64,000 nucleotides of DNA from Parasitella parasitica NRRL 2501 (GCA_025201805.1 MU619242.1:329507-393506), one strand, 5' to 3'; numbered from the stretch's first letter, positions 27,139 through 39,851 are shown. The notes: generated from the letters alone by a model not told the origin. Translations and numbers: made by a program.

Positions 27139-28689
27139 TTTTTTTATCTGTATGATGAATTGTCTTTGTAACTTAAAAATTGAATGCTTTTATATTCAAT
27201 TTGCTTGAGTCAAAGCACGAGGAGCCATGATATTGATTGTATTTTTCTTTCTTCCTTTTGTTCGGATGAGTAGAATACTTTTTAGCTGTCATGATATCTT
27301 CTCTGCTGTGAAATTAAGTGACCCGTGTCGATTGTTATTTTGCAGCATGAGTCCAATGTGCTGCTGCGAAACCTCTGCTTTACTTCAAAAATTGAGAAAT
27401 AAAATTTTGAACATGATGGCTTAATTGCTATTGACTCGCTAATGTACAAATAAAGTAGTATCCGCCTAATACAATGGTCTTATTGTGCTTAGGCTTGACA
27501 AGACCAAAACAAGACACCTTTTGGGGTATATATGGTAAACATAACAGTCATTGTTTATGATTGCCATTGTGATTGTATGTAATTATATTGATAATGCCAA
27601 GAGTTGGTCTGCCATCAGCCTTACAGAGAACCTATCGTTATTTTATAACCTAACCTAATGCCAACTCATATTTGTAAAGCAGCTCGCATCTTGATGACAG
27701 CTGCAACCTCAAACTGATCATTGACAGTGGCGGAGTGCGCAAGACGCTCATTCTCTCTCTTATACCATAAAATAGGGCATTACCATAGTTTGATAGCGAA
27801 TATTAGAAACTGTCTTGCGTCAAATATGGCTATATTACACAAACATATTTTCCAAGAGAATAACCTGCTAATCAAACCACAAATGCTTGTTTTTGTACAT
27901 CAACAATAGGTTTTCATAATTTTCAGCATGCCATGTTGGAGGTTTACAGTCGTTACCTTTTTTTTTTCAAAACGTTTTGGGAGAATAATGATACCCACAC
28001 TTTTGGAACAATATTGAGAAGGACATATCTGGTAGACTTTTTATCCTGAACTGCTGCTTTCGTTGTATCAATAGTATACACTAACAACCTAATATGCATC
28101 GAAGTAGCGTTGGAAGGTATAAACTTATAAGCTCAAAAAAATGACATGAAATCTTCTCAAATCTAAAAGATCCTTTGGTAACATCTATGGGTAATATTGT
28201 CAGTTTCCTAGTTATTAGTATCAATTTCCATATCAGAGCTGGCATTTGATAGGGATTGCAGAACCAGGGCCAGATAGCTCTTACGTTCTCCGTGATTACT
28301 GTTGTTCATTTTATTTTCTACATCTATTTTTCACAAATAACTCTCATTGAGAGTATGCTTATACTCTGACCTTGAGACAGCATTCATCATGTTCACGCAA
28401 CCTGACACGAACAATTTATATTTTTCTTCTTTGTTCGAAATGATACAAATTCTCAATAGCAAAACCACAAAGAGCACAACCAGGAATCAGGGACTTGGTC
28501 AAAACAATATGACGACACCAAGGTGTACAGAGCAGGAACATACGAGCGTTTTTCATTTTTGCTTGAACTGGATACTGTACTCATCGATATCGCTTGTTTT
28601 TATGATGGCTTTTGCATTGTATACACGTTGATTAATAAAAGACAAACATTAACCGGAATTGGAGGGGCCACTTGGGACGATGCCTAACA

Positions 28690-30640
28690 TGAAAGCAATT
28701 ACTTTCAGGACGACAAAAAAAAAAGATAGTTAGTCTCTATTTCCGGTACGCTGCCTTGGAATGTCATCCTGCTGGAGAAAAGCGCCAAAGGATCAATCAC
28801 GAAAGGGGGTGTGTCAGGTGTTGTTCGTGATCTCCAAAAGCCAAGCAAAAAGATTAATTGTAGTGCTAAACTCAAAGTAACCTGTTACAAAAACAATCCT
28901 GGCTATGCAACCTTCATTTATACCGGAGAACATAATCGCGATGTTGGAAGGTTGAATGATTTACAACATTTGCCATTATCGAAAGAAGCAAGAGAACTAA
29001 TTGAGCAACGATTAAGGGAAAACTTCAGCAAAAGGCAAACAAGAATCGCCATCAAGACGAATTACAATAAGTTTATTACAGAGAATCAAGTGCTGGCTGG
29101 CCTTGATAATTCGACTTCTTCCCTGATCCATCAAGATCAAATGGTTCATGCAGATGAGATTCACAACATCTACAAAAAAATCCAAGAAAAATTTTTGTTT
29201 GAAAGCAAGAGACCATAAAACTTTGGCTACAAGAATTATCTTTGCAAAAAGGAAATGTTACCTTTCTGGGCACTGATTTTAACTCTAATTACACCTTTGG
29301 CTTCGTATCTCCATGGCAAAAAGCATTATTGTCTACATCAATATCAATTTGCTTAGATGCAACCCACTGCGTTAAAAGTATCAGCCAAGGTGTCTTGTAT
29401 AGTATTGTGATTAAGCATCCGTATACGAGTACATGATGCCCTGTTGCGTTTATGTACACAATTGATCACTCTTTGCAACCAATAGCAGCCTTTTTACGTT
29501 TTGTAAAAGAACAAATTGCCGTGCCAAACTTACAAAAAATTACAATAGATGTCAGCACTACTGGTACCACTAACGAAGTATTTCCTGAAGTTAGTGTCTA
29601 ATAGTGTTTGTTTCACGTTGCAAGAGCTTGGATGGCAAAGATACGAGATACCATCAAGCTGGGTAGCACGGCTCAGAATCAACAAGTTCACAGGGCGATA
29701 ATTGCACAGTTGAAGAGCATGATGTGGGAAAAGAGTCCAGATGCATTTGTCTTCAAAGTGACAAATTTTCTTGTAATGTTCCATCAATACACAGAATTCT
29801 TGATTTACATGGACACATAATACTTTGCACAAGGAAAGTATCGGCACTGGTGCGCTGCATATCAGCTGCAAATGTTCTCAAACATGGAGACCAATAACTT
29901 CGTTGAAAGTTGGCATAACCAACTAAAAACATTATACCTTAAAAGAAAGCGTAACAGACACATTGGCCGCTTAATTTACATCCTTGTCAATGATATTGAA
30001 CCGGATTTTATCCAGAATACCAATAAAATTTGCTTAAATACACGGAGGATGAGACCTCAAGAGAGAAGATGTCGACATAGAGAAATGGGGGCTGAAGCAA
30101 TCAATGTAGCGATTTTTGAGTTTATGGTTGTGGAGTTGCTCAACGACAGTGAAACTCTCAAATCTGCTATCCAGTTCTCAAAACAAAAGATGTTCAGTAT
30201 GAAATCATCGTCCAAAATGAAGAAATGCGATCATACGCTTGTCAGACTTCCAATGAAACCAAACAGCTTGCAATCATATGCATTTGTTGAAATGTTGGTG
30301 TAGAGACCTCATGGCATATCAAGGTAATATTCTATATAGCCAAAACCCAAAGATTAGCAAGCTAATTTGGTCTAATAGTACCTATCTCTACTGTGCAAAG
30401 AACACCACGAGATACTGCTGTTATCAATCCTTTGCCTCTCCAAACTGCTGATACCAGAATAGATGGCTGTATAGTCAACATCTCATCTGTAATAAATACT
30501 TTGAAATTTGACAACAACATAAACTTGAATGGAGATCAAATCCGGTAGTTACAAACAGCTACAAATATGTTAAGAGGCGTACTTCCTACCACTACTGATA
30601 CAGCTACAAACAGTAATCTTACCACCCAACGAAGATAAGC
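28690..30640 (+). mobile_element. MULE/Mutator transposase pseudogene
   Basis: SKKINCSAKLKV..H (WRKY/FAR1-like), ICLDATH, KITID, CLFHVARAW, TNNFVESWHNQLK, degenerate SWIM finger; several stops and frameshifts. Confidence 0.88.
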
Positions 30641-30751
30641 TATTAAATAAAAATAAAATGCATTTGTTGTAAAAGATAAACGTCATCCACTGACGAATTC
30701 AAGCTCGTCTTATTTTAGGAGGAAATAAGGAATTCGAAAATAACTTTTATT

Positions 30752-30848
30752 ATATAACTGATGATTGCGCCCGCCGCTTGATTACACTCAAAACTCTGTA
30801 ATTTACGCGGAGCAAGTAATAAAAATCTTTAAAAAAAAAAAAAAAAAA
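30752..30848 (+). mobile_element. Short retroposed insert (5'-truncated LINE tail or SINE) with poly(A) and target-site duplication
   Basis: Flanked by AAAATAACTTTTATT at 30737-30751 and 30849-30863; contains AATAAA and an A-tail; shares TTGCGCCCGCCnCTTGA...GCGGAG with the LINE 3' UTR at 44926-44975. Confidence 0.8.
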
Positions 30849-31608
30849 AAAATAACTTTTATTTAAGCTGTAAATTTACTGTATCCGCAAAATAACTCGT
30901 AACTTCTCATCATTTTAAGAATATGGAGATATACAATGATCTACAGTAATGCATTGGTCTTTTATTGTCTAAAACCACATCTATTATGCTATACCTTCTA
31001 GAATAATAATAAATCTTAAATATCCTTAATAGTATTAAGGCTATTTTGTAAAAGTGCCATTTAACAAATTATTAGATAGAGACAATATTAACTTGTGTTT
31101 GCAACTACGTAAAATAAAAAAATTATTTTTATTTAGTCTGTAATACAGGTAGAATAAGACAGTGGTGGTATCATACTCTTTTTATTTATATACAAGGGAT
31201 AACAATTTTGGCCCAAAAGAAAACCTTAAAGTGAAGTCGATTCATCCAGTACTTATGTCCCTCTTCAAATTTCATCAAACCTCCAGAAATGATTGATATT
31301 CTATCCCTAGGTAAAAAGTAGGAAAATATGAGATCCAGCAACAGCATGTCCAACCCAGCCTAATTACCATTAACGAACTTCTTTGAAGAGCTATCACAAC
31401 TTGTAGACCCGAGATCAATAAACGCACCCTTAAGAAGCTTGTAATGTAGATTAGATTCTATTCGCGTTTTGATTGTTCATAATAAAGGTATTCAAAGAGG
31501 TCGTACATATATTAAAAAAGGGACTAGCTAGAATATCTCCTACCAAAATTCCAGTATAAACTCTCAAAGTCTATTGCACTACAGAGCATCAAGGCGTTTT
31601 CAAGAGAC

Positions 31609-32021
31609 AAATGTTATTATGCGAGCCGCTTCTAATATTCGATTGTATAAAGAAGAGAATAAAAGAAAGTTTTGCGTCACTGGCATGGGAAGCCAACCAA
31701 GCTCTGCAAAATAACCTGACCAGATACATACATCACAACAAAGTCCCAAAGATGTAAGTAGCCGTGTGTCACTCCTTCTTCATATCGGAACCAAGTCAGG
31801 TCTCTTCGTCTAGATGCCTCTTATTTTGATGAACATTATTATGCGAGCCGCTTCTAATATTCGATTGTATAAAGAAGAGAATAAAAGAAAGTTCTGCGTC
31901 ACTGGCATGGGAAGCCAACCGAGCTCTGCAAAATAATCTGACCAGATACATACATCACAACAAAGTCCCAAAGATGTAAGTAGCCGTGTGTCATTCCTTC
32001 TTCATATCGGAACCAAGTCAG
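31609..32021. repeat. Two direct 191-bp units (31609-31799, 31831-32021), each enclosed by inverted arms
   Basis: The 186-bp cores differ by 4 transitions. Arms: A/A' 31583-31608/31800-31821, B/B' 31820-31830/32022-32032, outer C/C' 31571-31584/32036-32050. Confidence 0.95.
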
Positions 32022-32560
32022 ATCAAAATAAGGAGCTGTAGTGCTAATAGGGTATGCGGTAATTCAGAGCTGATAAGCCATAACTACTGTGTATTCATTT
32101 AATGACCAAAAAGTGGATCGAGGAGTACAGTTAAAAACAAAAGTAAAAGTGAGTTAGATACTTTGGCCTGACATTTATATATTTGCTGATTAGTTCATTC
32201 TATAAAGGAATAAACAGCTTTAGAGCAAATTAATCCATAATGAGTACTTACAAGGAAACTCCAATAAAGCATTTGTTAATTTAGCTTCCAAACAGCAGCG
32301 CTATAGAAAATCTAAACAAAACAAACTTATTAGTTATACTCAAACATGACAATAATTAAAAGCCAAACGAAGGAGATGCAAGATTTTTTTCAATAAAGAA
32401 ATAATACCTCAAACCGGAGATTTAAAAGTCAAACACGTATATGGATACGTCACCCTTTGCTGAACGTTCATTTATCAGTCATTCATTTTATTCACCAAAT
32501 AAATAATCTCTTGTGAGAGCCTTATATTAATTATATAATGCCGAATACGCTTATAACATC

Positions 32561-34192
32561 ATGGATTATTCATACAGATTAAAACACGACAACCCTTCAT
32601 TTAAATATTTTTCTGACCATCCTATTATCGAATGGTCTTTCGCAAATTTCACCCGTTCATTTGATGACGGCCAAATAAAACCAACAAACTTTACAAAAAT
32701 TAAAAACACCTATATATCCAAAATGAAAGACATTCAAAAGTTAAATGATGTACCGTATTTCGTGAAGGAAGAAGTCCGACGCTTATTATCCTTAATAGAA
32801 TCCCTTGAAGAAGAGTCTTCAAGCTTCAGTGTTAACATTACAGCACATGATTCTAACATCTACAATGCTTCTGTCTCAGGTACTCTCAATTTTAACCAGC
32901 AGCAGCAATCAGCAGAAAGAGCTCAGCAGCAAAAAGATGTCGAGTCTGTACTAAACATGGAGCATTCTGCTTCTGGGAAGAGCGATGAAGAGAAAAGTGA
33001 TGAAGAAGAGCGCGATGAAGAGGACAAAATTCCCTCCGATTTATCAATCGACCACCATCCAAACCGTACTTGCGAGTACAGTCTTAAAATCATAGGTTCA
33101 GATGAGGACAAAGAAGAAATAAACTCAACCAGACCTGCGAAGACTTCAAATGAGTCAAAACGGATGTTAAATGATATCTGTATCTCTGATTTATGCCTTC
33201 GTTTTAAGGAGGCATCCTTTAAATTGGCTAAAAACACTGATCCTTCACGACTATCTGATATTCGTCTTCTCACCTTGAATGATATTTATATATTTGATAG
33301 AAACTTTTTGTCTTCTGTTAGCAAATATTTTTCAACTAAAGTCCACACCATACTCAAACCTACTTTATCTTTTGATGCTTATCTCCCTACAAGAGGCTTA
33401 AATTGTTACGACTGGTGCATGGATATCGAAGTATCACCTCCCGTTGATTATATCACTTCAATAACGCTGTGTGCTGATTTACTTAAAGAAGCCTGAGACA
33501 GTAAAAATTTCTTGGATATACACACTGCTCAGATTTTGACCCAGATCCTCCCAGTTCTAGTCAATGGTCCTCCTGAAGACTCAACTGAAGATAGTTACGT
33601 ACACTATTACCTCTCACCACTACTGTCATCGGTCTTTTCAACTGATCCTCTGTTAAAGATGAAATGGGCTAACGGCAAATTAATGAACAATCAAAATGAA
33701 TACAAACCTGATTTTCTGGTATACAATACCTCCGGCAGCAAAAGGTGTGTAATTATTATTGCAGAGTTCAAACCTACCGAGAAAAACTCGTATGTTGAAT
33801 CAGACCTGGTGAAGCTTGCCCAACAAATGAAGGTGACCTTAAACGAAATGATTATGAATGGAGTTTCAAAACCTGAAGTCTGTGGTGTTCACTGTGAAGG
33901 TGAAAATGTGTATACGTATATCATGGACCTCCCCTCTCCCAAGCTCTACAGATTAGCCAATGCTTCTAAAATTAAACTCTTCAAAAGCTTGGATCAAATC
34001 TCGCTTCTCCCAAGTGTGATTACACATCTGTTATGTTTGAAGAATGTTGCCTCAAAGACTGCTACCAAGGTTGAAACTGCTTCGCTGTATAGTTACAACA
34101 ATTTAAAACGTCCAGCTCCAAATCCACCTGAAGAATGGTTATCAAGTGTAAAGGCTGTCCTCTCCCGTTTACCCAAAAAACAAAAGAAATAA
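32561..34192 (+). pseudogene. Second PD-(D/E)xK nuclease-fold gene with one in-frame TGA at 33494-33496
   Basis: The two ORFs are in the same frame. EDSYVHYYLSPLLSSVF..KWAN..YKPDFLV..IAEFKP..SDLVKLAQQMK..VCGVHCEG; C-terminal PKKQKK NLS-like motif. Confidence 0.75.
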
Positions 34193-34239
34193 ACACTATA
34201 TCCTATTATATTGTATTAATTAATAATAAATTCATGTGT

Positions 34240-34560
34240 GTCTTAAGTAGCTAGTAAACTTCCTGTAAACTCTTAGAGACTTCATCCTAAATTTTTGGAT
34301 AAAGAATATTTATAATTGCTTATTAGAAGCTGGCCAAATTATTTGTAAATTGGAGTTCAATCATTTGACCAAGTTAGTCCCATTTTTCTGGGAAACTTAA
34401 TCTCACACAAGTGTTCAAAATAATTCAAAAAGTCGGGCAGAGTTTTCAAAAATTCGGTACATTGAGAGTGGAAGCACTGTAGGTTATCAGAATGCGCCAA
34501 TTGGGACGTTCCTAATTTTTGAAGAGTTAATTGGCACCGGAGGCTGTATGAAAACTCCTC
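34240..34560 (-). mobile_element. Short MULE transposase relic
   Basis: EFLKTLPDFLNYFE resembles the helix preceding the TNN..ESWH motif of MULEs; highly degraded. Confidence 0.35.
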
Positions 34561-34593
34561 TTCGTACGTCTCTCTCCCTATCAACTAGCATAG

Positions 34594-34634
34594 GGCACAG
34601 GCACAGGCACTGGCACAGGCACAGGCACAGGCAC
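34594..34634. repeat. (GGCACA)n hexanucleotide microsatellite, ~7 units
   Basis: ggcacaggcacaggcactggcacaggcacaggcacaggcac. Confidence 0.9.
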
Positions 34635-34957
34635 ACAAGCATATACACTACGCTTATTCACAGACTATATTAAACAATCTAATTTTATTTGTTTCCCTTT
34701 TCCCCCATAATTTTTTTTTCCTTTCTTTCATTTCCTTTCCTTCTCACATCTTTATTGCTTTTCTCCTCTATATCTCTAATTTTTACTTGTTTCTTCTTTT
34801 TGTATATAACTATAATAGTTATATAACTACATGTTTATTTAACTACCTTTCAGCTACTGGAAATCATAAAGTAGATAACAAAATATATTTTCTTCCCTCT
34901 CCTTTTTGATAATTTTTTCTTGGAAACTACAGATTCTGTGACAACAGCGACACTATT

Positions 34958-36477
34958 ATGTGGATCATATCTCGAGTTGTAAGACAAATAACAGAAAGCC
35001 GACAGATATCAGATTGAAATAACTCTTTTTATGTTGTACACATGTAGTTTGGTGAGTCTCGATGGACAAGGGCGATCTTTTGTGCTGTAGTACTCCAGGC
35101 ATTGCTAGCCATTGCATTTGAAGCAGTAATTTTCGCATTTCACAACAACGAAATCAATGCAATCAACAGCTTGACTCTGACACATAAAGAAGTATCTGAA
35201 ATGAACACAGCATTTGCAAACGCAAGATCATTGTTGGTTTATTTTATTCTATTTATGCTTGCACAGATATTTACTGTCATTTTAGTAGTCGACGCAGTTA
35301 GTATGATATATGTATTGATCCGACTCAGTGACTAATTACGCCAGAATAGATCTATCAACGCAACACCATTCAGCTTATTGCGCTGGTCGCTTTCGAATTA
35401 GGCATGAGTGCTTATTCAATCATCCAATTTCACCAATCTTCGACGTTGATCAGCGACGACCAAGAACCCACTAATGAAGCACTAAAATACCTTGTCAACG
35501 CATATCACCTATCAAAATGGGCTGAAATCACTCAAATTTGTGTGATGCTTGTCAGCACCATGGTTTTTGTCTTTCTTGCCTACAAACTCTATCTGGAATT
35601 TGGTTGGCACATTTATAAAAAGATCGGCGCAGACTTGGCTATGCGAGGTGATTAACAAATTACCCATATTATGATGATCCGTCCACTAACATAAACCTGA
35701 CCCGGTTTGTAGATCGCTATAAAATGTATCAAATTTTCATGATGCTGCTTAAATTTGACTTTTTCTTTTTCCTTGGATTTTCAGTCCAGTATCTCGCCTT
35801 GTTGATTGTTGCTTGGTGGCCAGACGCAACCTCAAATGGAAGTAAATCAGAGATTGTGCGAGAATTGATTGAGCATATCATCCTGAGTTGTGTGCTCTCA
35901 GTTACCATGCTATGCTCAGCATATTGGGGTGTAAGTTTAATTAACAAATCTGGGGCTATTTTTTTTTGATTTGTCATGTTAACAATTTATAATGCTAGTT
36001 GAGGCGCGAGAAGAAGGTGCACATGTACATTTTTTTAATACTGTGTGCGGTGAGCATGGGCTACTATATTTATATGCTCGTACAAATTGCATCAGACCCT
36101 GCCAGATTTTTGGGTTCAAAGGTTTTCTTGACCTTTTTCTGTAAGTACTTTATGTATATTGTAGTAGAATCTCTCTAATTTTTTTTATTAGTATGTGTGG
36201 ATATGGTGTTGATTTTGGTAAGTAACTTCTGTAAGCCCTTTATGCACAACTATTAAATTAAAAAACAGGCATCTGTGCCTATTGCAATTATCTGTCTAAG
36301 GAATTTCAATCTCGGCTTAATGAATCACAGTAGGTTTTTCATGCGTTTTTAACAAACGTTCAATCTAACTCTTGCTACATAGTCTCACATGCAACAGCGT
36401 CGGCTACTTCAGCACATTCTATGGCGCCTTTAGGTATCGAGAAATCAAACTCTTCGAGGCGCTGGTCAATAGAGTAG
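34958..36477 (+). CDS. Multi-pass membrane protein, UPF0658 (fungal Golgi membrane protein) family
   Basis: DA|[55 protein letters not shown] motifs; multiple introns. Confidence 0.8.
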
Positions 36478-39251
36478 AATTACTAAAAATAAAAAGGGTT
36501 TATTCTAGCACCCACAATTATAACAGCAACCACAACAAAAAGTAACGGTAAGGATGCACTCCTAAAGAGCTCCCTGCCTTTTTTCAAACATTTATTACCG
36601 TATTGTTATCAGATCACTAATTTCCGTCTCTAATACTTACAATTTACCAATTTTGCTTTTGCAATTTTTATCGTCATTGTGGTGCATCTGTCAATCGCTT
36701 GCTTCATTTGTCCATTGTTTCACCCCTCTTCCCCTTTCTATTTTTCCCCTTTAGTTTATAACACTTTGGGTTTTCTCTTTTTCGTATATGTTTTTTTATT
36801 GAAATAAAACACCTGAGAAAGAAAAAGAGGCATTAAATGAGCTCTATCCTCTGGTACAAACAAGTCGGTTTACATTATACATGACCTGAAACCTAATATA
36901 TGTAGTTGATTCAACATGTACATCACTAAATTTGCTCACTAATCCCGCTAACCTGCATACAGTAGAGCAAAAATATTTAGACATGACACAAACGTCTCGA
37001 TCTGCAAAAGATGCCAATTTTATTATCATGGAAGATCAACTGTTGATCATGCGATAATTATAGGTATCGAATGAAAAAATATTAGAGATACAAGACTGAG
37101 GTAAAACTCAAGATAATGAACAAGGGGCATTGATCCATTTCATTAAATTTTAGTAGCAATTGACAGTTGTTCTCATATTCCATCTCGCCCAAAATGCTGC
37201 TTACTTGAAATTTCTACTCAAAGCGTAATTCTTTTCCATAAACTACAGATAAATTTGCTAACAAGATCTTGATCTGCGGATGATAATGGCAGCTACTTTT
37301 TGAAGTAACACTACTTTTGTTCTTTTAATATTCGAATCTTAGAGCTATTAACTTTATTACGTTGGGCTTAATTTTATGTGAAAGCAACTTATACTACTTG
37401 ACGCAGATCAAAGATCTGTGTAAAACATCAAGCATAACTCAACCTGTAAACAAATTTGCTTGAAATATGAATATACCTATTTAACGTCGACCCTTTATTT
37501 TTATTAATTAAGAACCCTAACGGGTGTTCATTTGAATATAAATATGTACACATTTACCTTATTATTTATGATAGCCCTGAGTTGAATAAAACGCAGAAAA
37601 ATAAACGTAGGAGAGGTTGCAATACCTCCTTAACTATTTTTATTTTGTCATGAGGATTGGGGTAACCTTGAATCCTTGATAAGCATGCTTTATTGAAAGA
37701 CTTGTGAACAATGCATTTGGTGGCACGACTTGTAGCACGGCGAAGGTTTTTTGCTTTCTATCGCCTCGTTCCCATCCTAAAGTGAACGAGTTTGGCTTAA
37801 TTTACGCACTTGGGTCAAACCATTCATTTGGACTACTTTGAACATCTAATACCTATTAAGAAAAAAAAAAAAACTAGTGAAAAGCATGGTGAAATAATTC
37901 CAAGTCCATTCCATGAACTCCTTTTATTTCAAAAGATGGTTACCTTCATTCGGATATAGCAGAGAAGAGTGACAGTGTGTCGACACCTCGAAAGATACAA
38001 ATGGTTTCCAGATCACCTTGATATCTGAACACTTCACTATCAAAGGTAATCACGCTACTGCTAGTGTTCTATTTTGTAGACACAGACAAAGAAAGAGAAA
38101 AGCCTACAGACTGCAAGCTAGCCAAGTACTACGGCAACTTATCAGTCGTCTGAACCTTGCCTCTAAACGAAAGGTACATTTAAAGAGATATTTTCATACA
38201 AGGCAAGCTTTGCAGTTTATTCTCTCTTCCCAAAAGCAGATAGTTGTTCCTATTAAACAAGAAAGATGAGTTGAGCATTGGCTATAGCAAGATGTATTCT
38301 TAACCAAGATAAATGAAAACTTATTACAGAGAATTACTGATGCATGTAGCAATATACGTCAGCGCTAAATCATCAACTGCTATAGCAAATCGAGTTTCTA
38401 ATCAGCTGCTTATATTTTTATTTACTCGGAAATCTCAAAATTTACCAGCCGCAATGTGTATATAGAACAACCAAATAATTTAGGTGATACGTTGGCAAAC
38501 GTTGGTTTGAATATCGTCTTTGCCAAGATATATTTTAAACTGAAATCTTTGTCTGATTTAAAGGAGCAGTTCATAATGTTAAGCCGATTTGATACCGCAT
38601 ATCTGGCTGTAGATGAACAAAATATCATCCCGAGACGTTTAAAAATATATTAGCTGATGTACCACAGTAAATGTGCAGTACTCAGGGGAGATGTATCTAA
38701 ACCGAGACCCTTGTTCTAGACTAAAAAGTGATTTAAAACATGTACAGCAAGCTTTACGGCATCATCACTCGGATGGAAGCCATGTCAAAAAAAAACCAAA
38801 ATAAGCGTCCAGTCTATAAATCAAACGTTAATGAAATAAACAGTAGACGGTTCATTAGGTGTCGTGTAACCGCGAGGGTTTATTATTAGTTTATTTGGAT
38901 TCTATAGAGCAGAATCTTTTCCTTCAGATCCAACAAGAAAAGCAGCTGGAAAAGGGTATTTAGCAAGAGCGACAAAGAAAATCAGGAAGATACAACTGAT
39001 TTTAGCATCTATCAATACAGGGCTATTCGTTTAGCTAGCAAAACAAAGAACAAAACAAAGAACAATGAACACAATAAACATTTGGTAATATATCTCATTT
39101 TATTAGGATAGTGTGCACAGAATTTTGTACGGTTGATGGTCGCGGCTGCTTTTTTGGTGAAGATGATAATAAGGCAAGCAAGATTTCTATAAATAAAGAA
39201 AGCGTTTGAATGTAAGGAGAGATGTGTTGAAAAAGTTCTTTTTTAATGATA

Positions 39252-39851
39252 TTAAATGATATAAGCAATCAAAGCTGCACATCCTAGCGCTAAAGCAGAA
39301 CCACTGGCCAGCTTGTTTGATCCAGAGGCTGCGGGTGTAGCACTTGGGGAAATAGAAGAAGTGCCAACAACAGACATGGTGGGGTTTGCAGAGCCACTTG
39401 CGACAGGAACAGCGCTGGAAGCAGCAGCAGAAGCAGCGTAGGGAATAGGTAAAATGGAAACAGCACCATTATTAACTGAGCCATAGCAGTAATTGTTGGC
39501 GTTGTCTACACAAAGAACGTTTTTATCGTTGCAAAGACAAGAAGTAGTGGTTCCAGTCATGGTGGATTTGCAAGAATCAGGAACATTGGGACATGTGGTT
39601 GAATTTAAAGAGATGGATCCCCAGCAAAACTGTCCACTTGTGTTGATACATGTGGTGACGGTATCGCTACAACGACAGGACACATTGCCGGTAATTTTGC
39701 TACAAGTTGTTGGTATTGCGCAAGATGCTGATGGCAAACTAGCGTAAGGTAAGCCATGGTCTCTCTTGAATAAATGTCCATCGATTTGCGATGCTGATGC
39801 AATGTAGAAAAGGGTTGAAATCGAAGATGTTAGGAGAAGACTGAGTTTCAT
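39252..39851 (-). CDS. Secreted, probably GPI-anchored protein with two 6-Cys modules
   Basis: MKLSLLL signal peptide, KR site, two Cys modules, Ser/Ala/Thr stalk, hydrophobic C-terminal tail. Confidence 0.85.
   Translation of the reverse strand: MKLSLLLTSSISTLFYIASASQIDGHLFKRDHGLPYASLPSASCAIPTTCSKITGNVSCRCSDTVTTCINTSGQFCWGSISLNSTTCPNVPDSCKSTMTGTTTSCLCNDKNVLCVDNANNYCYGSVNNGAVSILPIPYAASAAASSAVPVASGSANPTMSVVGTSSISPSATPAASGSNKLASGSALALGCAALIAYII

Noticed and set aside
31609-32021. CRISPR array, snRNA/snoRNA, riboswitch or Fanzor/TnpB omega-RNA call
   Set aside because: Only two long units; no U1-U6/U3, terminal C/D or TPP signatures. NxIMRAASNI only loosely resembles RuvC-III NRDxNAAxNI and lacks the catalytic Asp. 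No TnpB-like ORF in the window.
36844-38660. IIHDLKPN kinase-like word and other nuclease- or LINE-like fragments
   Set aside because: Isolated words without supporting motifs; too degraded to call.
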